A stretch of 64,000 nucleotides of DNA from Schmidtea nova. Taxonomy: Eukaryota. A program made the translations under genes and the position numbers. Below are positions 36,381 to 45,300 of this stretch, in pieces. The stretch is from contig CM097883.1 in assembly GCA_044892505.1 (NCBI GenBank), positions 394,630,001 to 394,694,000 on the forward strand. Reading direction: 5' to 3'. How positions within the stretch are numbered: the stretch's first letter is position 1; every line of letters starts with the position of its first letter. The notes under the pieces are model-generated. The model ran no database searches, was not told where the DNA came from, and was given only the letters and a program-made list of their open reading frames with translations.

Positions 36381-37550
36381 ATGACTGAAAGGAAGATCGT
36401 GAAAATACGAGAAGATGACAGATCATTCAAAAGTTTATGCGAATTAATGAAAAGAGGTAAAGAAAAGATGTCAAAACCAATTACCTCAGAAATGATTCAT
36501 TGTCGATTTACACGAACAATATCGAATGTTCCTAAGGAAAGGAGTTATGGAAAATTCAAAATTATCGATGAAACGTTGAAAAATGAGAACCGAAGATATA
36601 TAACCTTTTTACAACAAGACAATTTCTATGAAAAGCAATACAGAAAATTCGCCAAAGATGGTTTGTATTTTGCAGGGACAATTGAGAAACCCGATAAAGT
36701 AACCTGTGTATTTTGCAGAATTGAAATAGAACCTTGGAGAATTAACGATGATCCACTTACAGAGCATAGAAAACTTTCACCCACATGCCAGTTTGTGTTA
36801 AAGGCATGCGAAAAACCAAGAAAACCAGCAACAATGAACCACGACGAAGAAGAAAAACCCAAAATAGTAACGATAACTTCAACAGGTCCAGCAAAGATAC
36901 GATTCATAGAAATTGATCCAAAATATACGATTAATGGGAGAACTGACACCTTTGCGGATAAAAAGATGGGTATCAGATTAGCAATAGAAGGTTTTTATGC
37001 AATAAATGAATCAACAGCTGAATGTTCAGAGTGTGGAATACAATATCAATTACCAAAAGAGGAAGGAGAATACCTGAAACACAACGAATATTGTAAATAT
37101 GGAGAAGAATTATATGAAGACGAAGAACCGATCAATTATAAAAACCCAGAGATGCCTGTTAATGAATTATTAGTAGATAAGATATTAGACGAACCACGAA
37201 CTCAAAAGGTAATGGAACGCACCGGCAAAAGCGAAATATTTGTGAAAGAAGTTGTCAGAGAGAGATTGAGAAGAAATGGAGAAACATTTGGATCAACCCT
37301 AGAATTTTTCAAAGCTATGATACAGTTCACCAGAAAATCCCAAGTTGTCAACCCAGAATCATGTATCAAGAAAGTTATATTAAATAAACACCCCTGTTCA
37401 ATTTGTTGGATAAAGAAAGTAGAAGTTATTCATTTACCGTGTGGACATCTGTTAGCATGTGAAAATTGTAGCAATAAATTGAGATTGTGCTCGATGTGCA
37501 GGAAACCGGTCGACAAACGGATCAAGGGATTCCGTTATGCCGACCAATAA
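36381..37550 (+). CDS. IAP: Intronless inhibitor-of-apoptosis protein (BIR, degenerate BIR, UBA-like, RING)
   Basis: BIR CVFCRIEIEPWRINDDPLTEHRKLSPTC (Cx2Cx16Hx6C); second BIR CSEC...HNEYC; UBA-like VMERTGKSEIFVKEVVRERLRRNGETFGST; RING CSIC...LPCGHLLACENC...CSMC. Confidence 0.94.
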   Translation: MTERKIVKIREDDRSFKSLCELMKRGKEKMSKPITSEMIHCRFTRTISNVPKERSYGKFKIIDETLKNENRRYITFLQQDNFYEKQYRKFAKDGLYFAGTIEKPDKVTCVFCRIEIEPWRINDDPLTEHRKLSPTCQFVLKACEKPRKPATMNHDEEEKPKIVTITSTGPAKIRFIEIDPKYTINGRTDTFADKKMGIRLAIEGFYAINESTAECSECGIQYQLPKEEGEYLKHNEYCKYGEELYEDEEPINYKNPEMPVNELLVDKILDEPRTQKVMERTGKSEIFVKEVVRERLRRNGETFGSTLEFFKAMIQFTRKSQVVNPESCIKKVILNKHPCSICWIKKVEVIHLPCGHLLACENCSNKLRLCSMCRKPVDKRIKGFRYADQ

Positions 37551-37684
37551 TCCAATCAAACAACTTTGTAAATAAATTGTAAAGATTTTAATTTCAATCG
37601 ATGTATACAAGTATTATTTAATAAGCATGAGCAACAAAAAATGTATAAACAAAAGGAAATTACCCATGTTATTATTATTTCAGA

Positions 37685-39232
37685 ATGAATATACAACAAT
37701 TGATAGACATCCTAGATCAGGAGATGGCCAAAAGACAAGAGCAACTAAATCAAATGAGAAATTATGAACAAAGAATGGAAGCCATCCAAGAGAACGTTAA
37801 AATGATTGAAAAACGAACCCAAGAGATCAATAAAATAAAAGAGGAAAATGAGGAACTGCGAAAGATAATAATCGACAAGGCGCATGTCGAAGCTGAACTA
37901 GAAAATTATAAACGAGAGTACAGGGAAATGGAGAGAAAACTCGAGCATGAACAACGAAAGTCGGTACCGTTGAAAAATCAAGCAAGATTGAGAAAAGATG
38001 AGCTCGAAACTTATAAAAGAGATACCGAAACAAGGTATGACAACTCCATAAGATTCTATCAGCAGCAACTCGAAAGTGAAAGAAACAGATATGAAGCCAT
38101 GAAAAAGAAATGGGAAAAGTGTCGAGATGAAGCATTTGTTTTGAGAGGACAACCTCAAAAGAAGCTTAAAGTCAGAACAAGAAACATTGAACCTGAAAGC
38201 GAACAAGAAAAGATCATTAGAAAAGTTAAAGCAGAGGCTAGGAAATGGAAACAAGAACACCAAGATTTGTTGGAAATGGCTCGACACAGAAAAATGCTAC
38301 AGGAAGAATTACTAAGACGGAGAGACGTTCAAATCGAGGCTCTGAAAGAGGAATGTCATTGGTATGCAGACATACGTCATGAGGAAACGGAGAAACTCAG
38401 AAAAGAAATATTCCAGTTGAAAACGAGCGGACAGTTCAGAGAAAGAAGCATAAAGCATCAAATAAAGTGGCTAATAGAACAAGCCAGAACATGGAAAAAG
38501 ACCTGGAAAAGAACTCGAGACGAACTACGAGAATTCCCCAAGAAGCTGATGTCAATAAATGAAGCAGAATTGTGGGAAAATGCAGAAAAGCAAGAGATAG
38601 AAAACAAAGAATTAAGACGGCAAATTCAATTAAAAACCGAATGGAATCAAAGGAGAATGAAATTTACCAGGAATCAAGAAGCTCGCATCAAATATCTGGA
38701 ATTCGAAAACAGGCAATATGACCAACAGAAGAATATGGATGATCGAAGTATTGAAGAACTGACAAGAGAATTGACTATTGCAAACCGTGAAGTCAACGGA
38801 TATCGAGGAACAAATACTCATAAAGACATTGTTATTCAACACCAGCGACGGCAGATAGAAGAAACAAAGGCCGAATGTGAGAAAGCGATCCAGCAATCGC
38901 AGTATGAAATTGAAATGGCTATCCAAAGTTTGGAAGAAAACCGCCAAAACTATGAAAGAGAGATTGAAAGATTGAAAAATATGGAAAATACGAGAGAGCT
39001 CGAGATAGAAAAAGAACAGCTGAGTGAAGAACTCGATTATATGACCTATTTGCTAGATGAAGAGATAGAAATCTCAAGAACTTTGCGAGAGAGAGTTCAG
39101 AGCCTACAAAATCAACCTCCAATCATTCTATGGCCACTATATCCAACACCAATACAACCTGTACATTTGGAGCCAGAAAATCCTCAAATCGAAGATGAAG
39201 GGTTCGGAGAAATTGAAGAGACGTTTGTATAA
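37685..39232 (+). CDS. 515-aa long coiled-coil protein of unknown function
   Basis: Intact E/K/R/Q-rich ORF with heptad character; TTTTCAG|A precedes the ATG. Confidence 0.8.
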   Translation: MNIQQLIDILDQEMAKRQEQLNQMRNYEQRMEAIQENVKMIEKRTQEINKIKEENEELRKIIIDKAHVEAELENYKREYREMERKLEHEQRKSVPLKNQARLRKDELETYKRDTETRYDNSIRFYQQQLESERNRYEAMKKKWEKCRDEAFVLRGQPQKKLKVRTRNIEPESEQEKIIRKVKAEARKWKQEHQDLLEMARHRKMLQEELLRRRDVQIEALKEECHWYADIRHEETEKLRKEIFQLKTSGQFRERSIKHQIKWLIEQARTWKKTWKRTRDELREFPKKLMSINEAELWENAEKQEIENKELRRQIQLKTEWNQRRMKFTRNQEARIKYLEFENRQYDQQKNMDDRSIEELTRELTIANREVNGYRGTNTHKDIVIQHQRRQIEETKAECEKAIQQSQYEIEMAIQSLEENRQNYEREIERLKNMENTRELEIEKEQLSEELDYMTYLLDEEIEISRTLRERVQSLQNQPPIILWPLYPTPIQPVHLEPENPQIEDEGFGEIEETFV

Positions 39233-39507
39233 ATAATAAAAGTGAATGTAAAGTGTAAAAAGAAATTGAAATGTAGTGTAAAAAGAAAACGTTGTAAAGA
39301 AATGTAAAAAGAAAAAGTTGTAAAATATATCCAAAAAAAAAAAAAATTTAAATAAAAAGCAGAAAAAAATAAAAAATTCAATAAAAATTAGAAAAAATGA
39401 AAAACAAATAAAAATTAGAAAATGATAAAAATGATAAAAATGATAAAAACAAAAAACAAAATTAATAAAACTGTAGAAAAGAGTTATGAAAATTCAAATT
39501 ATAGAAA

Positions 39508-40083
39508 ATGAGACTATTGAAGCAAAGATCAGAACCAGAACAACAAACGATATCAAAAGAAAGATTCAAAAAATGGAAAAGAGCAACAGAGCAATATTAT
39601 CAAGACCAAATAGACCAATTGAAGGAAGTAGTGAGCAAAGATAGAAAATATATCGCACAAATGGAGCAAGAGTGCGAGACGATGGAAATAATCAAGCGAG
39701 AAAATTATCTATTTCGCCAACAAAATGGTCTCACTCAAAAATATTGCGACAGACAGAAGCAAGAGATTGACAGACTCAAAAGGGAAATAAGCAGTGAACA
39801 GAACACTGTTAATAAAAGGAGAATTAAGATCGAGTCATTACAACGATCCTTGAAGAGCAAACAGAAAAAGATTATAAAAAGAGAGAAACAGATAATAAAG
39901 TTGAAAAGTGAAATCATAGAAGCAAAATTCGATACGTTCAAAGCAAAGAAAGTTGTAGAAATTAAAACGGCAGAAAACTACGTCCTCAAAGAGAAAAGGC
40001 GAAAAGAAGCAGACGAGATTGCAAAAATGGGTAACTGGAAGCCAGAAAGTCCGTTAAAGCTAAATGAAGAGACGAAAGAATAA
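39508..40083 (+). CDS. 191-aa basic coiled-coil protein
   Basis: Intact ORF; TTATAG|AAA precedes the ATG. Confidence 0.75.
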   Translation: MRLLKQRSEPEQQTISKERFKKWKRATEQYYQDQIDQLKEVVSKDRKYIAQMEQECETMEIIKRENYLFRQQNGLTQKYCDRQKQEIDRLKREISSEQNTVNKRRIKIESLQRSLKSKQKKIIKREKQIIKLKSEIIEAKFDTFKAKKVVEIKTAENYVLKEKRRKEADEIAKMGNWKPESPLKLNEETKE

Positions 40084-40178
40084 AATATATCTAAACTCAT
40101 GTAAATATCCCTGTAAAAATATCAAAGAGAAAATTTGACAAATCATTAAACAAATTTGAATCTATAAATCTATAGAAA

Positions 40179-41003
40179 ATGAACAATCTAATGAGGATCA
40201 CAACAACCATCATGATATTTATAATTACAAACTGCCGAAGCGAAGAAGCATTGAGTCAATGTCAAGCAAGCCATCCATTTAGAAGATCCGATAGCATTTG
40301 CGTAAGCTATCAAGAAATTTGTATCAGCAGAAATGAGGAGTGTCAACAGATCCAACTACAATGTCAACAATGTCCTAAACCCAGAGAAGATTCAATCACC
40401 ATCCTTAAACAATTGAGAAATGAAACTCAACAATTAATCCAATTACAAATCTCCTTAACCAAAAGAAACAATCTTCAACTAAAGAAATAGCTCGAAAACC
40501 AATCATCCTTCAAACAGTTAACGACCGAACTAAAGAAATTGAGCAAGTTAATAGAAAAATCTCTAAATAATAAAGATGAAGTTAATGAGGAAAGATCAAG
40601 TTTCACAGAGGAGTTAAATCAAAAACTAAAAACTCAACTTCATCAAACCGAGAGAATTATAAAGCAATTGATATTACCCGAAAAGCAAAAGGAGATTATC
40701 CCTAAACAAGGATCAACCAACGAAGACGTCAGAGACCGAGAAGCAGCCATCACAGTCGTTCTACAAGGCATCAGTCTTTTCGCGGTCATAATGATCCTTA
40801 GCATGGTTGCATCAATCGGATTAGAGAAAATGAAATTAGAGAAAGCGAAAATCCAGCTGAATACCATCAAACGAATCACCCTTGAAGACAACAACCCGGC
40901 AAAAAATTTTCTAAGATCAGTATTTGAAGATCCAGTTCCAAGACATCCTAATCCTGAGACATCTACAACCTCGGTGCAGATGAATTACTTCTATAAACAA
41001 TAA
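40179..41003 (+). CDS. Type I membrane protein 1 (274 codons) interrupted by one in-frame TAG at 40488-40490
   Basis: Signal peptide MNNLMRITTTIMIFIITNCRS and Cys-rich/coiled ectodomain. ORF-track entries 40179-40490 and 40539-41003 share a frame with no other stop. TM helix AAITVVLQGISLFAVIMILSMVASIGL. Confidence 0.75.
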
Positions 41004-41205
41004 TACGATTCTATTCCCTTTTTGACAATTCATGTATTTTCTTCCAGTCATTCAACCTATCTATCTATTTGTATTCTCATCTTTAACAATATTTCATCAT
41101 CATTTAAATCATAACCCTGTGTAAAATCGTAACGCCCCTGTAAATAGCAAAAATTGTTTATCGTCATTATTCAATTTCTCTCTATTAGAAAAATAAAAAT
41201 CAACA

Positions 41206-42000
41206 ATGAAATCGTACCGAGAAGTTTTTCTAATCGCCATGATCACAACAATTTGTTGTCATCTTGAAGAGACCCGGAAATCAAGCCAATTAAACCCAAA
41301 TCAACCAGATAATAAAGAATCATTTGAAATCTCTAACAACAAACAACTATCCGAAAAGATCGAGCAAGCCAAAATCGAAATTCAAAATACCCTTTTCAAT
41401 CAAAATGATGAAATTTCAAGTCTAAAAAGAATAGCAAGGATAATATTAGCCGATTTAGCGATCAGAGATACATTCGAGGATATTTTTGATAATGATCGAG
41501 AAACCCGTGACGCAATAAAAAGTCTCACCAAAGAACTTAAAAGGAATGTAGGCAAGTTAATCGATCAGCTAACGATAAATTCATCAAGCCCGAAATGTCT
41601 GAAACAAATCCAGCAAATTCATCATAACCTGTCCCAGTAGATTTCCGAAGTAGGAAACCAAACGGCACAACAACTGAGAAAGGCTTATTTCGAGAACCTG
41701 GCATTTAAGAATAAAATCCACGATCACGTAAAAGAGATATCGAAACCGGATAACAATCAAGACAGAGACAAGTGCAGAGTATCCCTCCTATCATCCGAAC
41801 GAATTCTCGGGATCTGCCTGATCATCCTTAACTTTTTCTTAATAATCGGAATTTGTGGTATAATATGGTTAGGCTTGACCGCCACAAGAATAATGAACAA
41901 CATGACCTCCAAACAATCCCGAAGAGAAGATGACAAGAAACAGTTGATCAATTCCGAGTCATTCAAACTATTCCAGTCGAAGATCCAACCAATTCAATAA
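41206..42000 (+). CDS. Type I membrane protein 2 (264 codons) interrupted by one in-frame TAG at 41638-41640
   Basis: Signal peptide MKSYREVFLIAMITTICCHL. Manual translation past the TAG stays open for 119 codons to TAA at 41998-42000 and includes TM ILGICLIILNFFLIIGICGIIWLGL. Confidence 0.75.
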
Positions 42001-42332
42001 TAAATTTGATAATTTAACAAACTTAATAAACTTGATAAAACTATTATCCGAGTCGTTGTAGACTCATATTGAATTTTGATTAGCCGCTGTAGGCACATAT
42101 ATTACATTACATTTAATTTTGCTTGCGAGTCGATGTAGACTCATATTTATGTATATGTGTAATTTTATTAATTTTTTTTTTATAAACTTTTTATTTTTAT
42201 TGTCGCGAACGGCATGATCACGACCAAGTAGCTCGTGTATAATGTACAACCTTTTGACCTTTGATTAGTCTTGGTTCTTAACCCCTCTGAGAAATTGCGG
42301 GACGCAATTTTTGCGGGCCCCCGAGTATTTTA

Positions 42333-45300
42333 TGTTGGGCCAAAACGCAATTTGTTTTAATAAAACGATAACCCAATAGGTAGAGAACGCGCAAGATTCC
42401 ATTTTTAACCTTAGCTTCCATTAAAAATCCAACAATTAAGTGGAAAACACCAAAAGGTGAAGATGAATCAAAACACAGCAACCGGTAGAATGCGCGCTAA
42501 CTGCGAATTTATAAATATTTTCACTGAAATCTCGAGAAAAATTAAAAGCAGAATGTTTGGAAGCTAGAATAGGCAAAAAACCCATGGAAAGTGCCCATAA
42601 AGAACAGAATTTTATCATAAAACCTTCAGTACAGAAAAATTAACAAAATTTTAGAAGAAAATTGTGAATTTATCACAAAATTTCACATATAACAATAGAA
42701 AGAATTAATATGGATCGAAAATCATAAATTAAATCAAATCGAACAAATTTCGATTCAAACATAGAAATTTTGAATTAAAATAAATTATTTATAGTTTATA
42801 AAAAATTATTATACATAAATATGGAATTAATTTTCGGAAAATCATTAGAATTAATTTAGAAAAAATTAAGAGAAAATTCTAGAACAATTTGTTTTATTGC
42901 ACTACCGGAGATAGAGAAAATTTGATGGTATATATACCGCCATCAAAATGGCAGATTTCAGATTTTGTGGAAAAAATTTTTTTGTTTTGCTAGCTAAGAG
43001 AATTTGTGAGAAGTTTTCCGAAAATTTTTATTGCTAACCTAATTAAAGAGAATTTGTACCATTTGCCTCAGAAATTTAGAATTGAAGATATTGTTGAAAG
43101 GATTCAATTTATTGGAAAATCGGAATTGGTCAAAATTTAGTTCCCGGAGCACGAACCTTTTTAGTAGAAAACAAAATTTCTTCCTGGAGTTTGAAATGTT
43201 AGGTTTATTTTACTTTTGTTTTATTTTAAACTGATTCGAGGGGTATGGGATCGTCGGCAATCATGCCTGTCGATCATCCCATTCCTCACGTTCGTATTAT
43301 TTAAAAATGTATTATTTTTGTTATTTTATATAATGCAATTATTTTATTTTGATATTATTAAATATTAAAAATTTATTTTATTCAGTTTGATTTTGAAAAT
43401 ATTTTTGTTTATTATACTCACAAGTTCCCAAAACACCTAAAATTACTATGAGAATTGTCGAAATAAACTTATGAAATTAAATAAATTTTTTTTTATCTCC
43501 CATATCTTCTGACGATCCGTCCAGCCTTGGTTGTGCGGATCTGTTAGTAGCCTGGGTGGATCGTTGTCTGATTGGTAATCGGCCAGCCCATATTTCCACT
43601 TTAAGGTGAGGCTCATACATCCAAATTCTCGTCATCCCAACTGGGGAATCGTGGTTTGGCCAAGAGCAAGGTTTTGTTATACTAATGATTTGTATTATAA
43701 TAGAGTATCATATTTTTATTATCTACATAAGCAATTTCGTAATACAACATAATAATTTCTACCTCATGTCTTGAAATCTAAAATAGGAAATATTATTGAT
43801 TAAAAAGTCGACTCGTACTCACCTTCACCTTCACACTCTCAACAACGTTCATCTCATAAGAAAATGCAAGAAAAATGGATGCTGATGATGAAAAGAAAAT
43901 TGTTCGAAATAATGCTCAAGTCTAGAATAATGCTCATGAAGTGAAATAAATTGTGAAACAAGTATTGATTTAATCTGAATTAAAGCTCATTATGGTCTAA
44001 ATAAGTTTTCCTGTGAATCTTGTTTTTCGAGAGCCTGAAATTCCTAAGTGAAGTGTCCCGAAAAATTCGCGTACACTTTGATTGGGAAATTCATGCTCAA
44101 CAAAACCGAAATTTACTTTACTTGATATTAAAAACATTCGTTGAAAAATTTTATAACTTATTTTTATTTTTATCTTTATTTAGCATATAAATTTTTTTTT
44201 ATTATTGAATGCTTATTTAGATTTCGAAATTTATGGATAAAAATTTATTATCATTTCATTTGGATCAGAAATAAAAATTTACTTTTTATTATGTTGAAAA
44301 GATTTTATATGGAAAAAATTGTAAACCAAATTTGGTTCCTAATATTATTAATATATAAAAGATTTTATCATTTCATAAAATTCCCGAGAATTTGAAAATC
44401 AAAAGTTATATTAAACCCCATAAAATTTATAGATTGAAATTTTATTATTATATTAAAAAACTCTTATCATTTTATAAAAATACGAATTGGAAATTTTATA
44501 GAAAATTTTTTGGTTAATATATATTCTAAAATCTAAAAAGTTAAAAACCTATCTTATAAAAATTAAAAATTTTATCATTAGTAAATTTTTCATGAAACTA
44601 TAAATTAAAAAATTCATAAAAAGCATTATAAAACTTATTATTATTTTAATTTAAAATTATTATTATTTTAATTTAAAAATATTTTATATAGTGTACTTGA
44701 ATTATAATATAACCCCCCCACGATATCTTAAAAATAATGATACATCACTCATTGCAAGAAATCACACCCTTTACACTCAATAGCATCATCCATACTAATA
44801 CACCAGCAACATACATATAAAACACAATACACACATACACAGTGTCATTCAACAACATCCAACAATCACATACACACCAACAAACCATACCAAAAATTTC
44901 ACACAGCCATGCTAGTTAGAATCGTACGTCCAACCACACTCACAAGCACTCAATTGTTTTAAATCACTCATCATACAATCACACACAAACACAATAGTAA
45001 CAATAGAACACACAGTCATCATACTACACCTCATCCACCAATAAATCATTTATTCTCATCCAACAGTCAAGTCAACATACAGACACATATAATCACATAC
45101 AATCTCCTGTACTATCAATGAAAAATTCATAATAAACCTGTAAAAGTGTATCAACAATCAAACTCGAAATGATAGCATCCCACATCATACATAGACATGC
45201 ATACCTCCAAAAAGACAATGCCAAGGTTTCATCCCTTCAACCACCACAAAATACCATATTCATTTTACTATTTTTTTTTTATAAGTCGGAAACTTCTGGT

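Noticed and set aside
40488-41640. TAG reassigned to an amino acid (alternative genetic code)
   Set aside because: The TRAF ORF in the same element ends with TAG exactly at the end of its MATH domain, so TAG acts as a stop.
30599-41966. Numerous minus-strand Phe/Leu/Ser/Ile-rich ORFs of 60-160 aa
   Set aside because: They are antisense shadows of purine-rich plus-strand genes, with no domain motifs.
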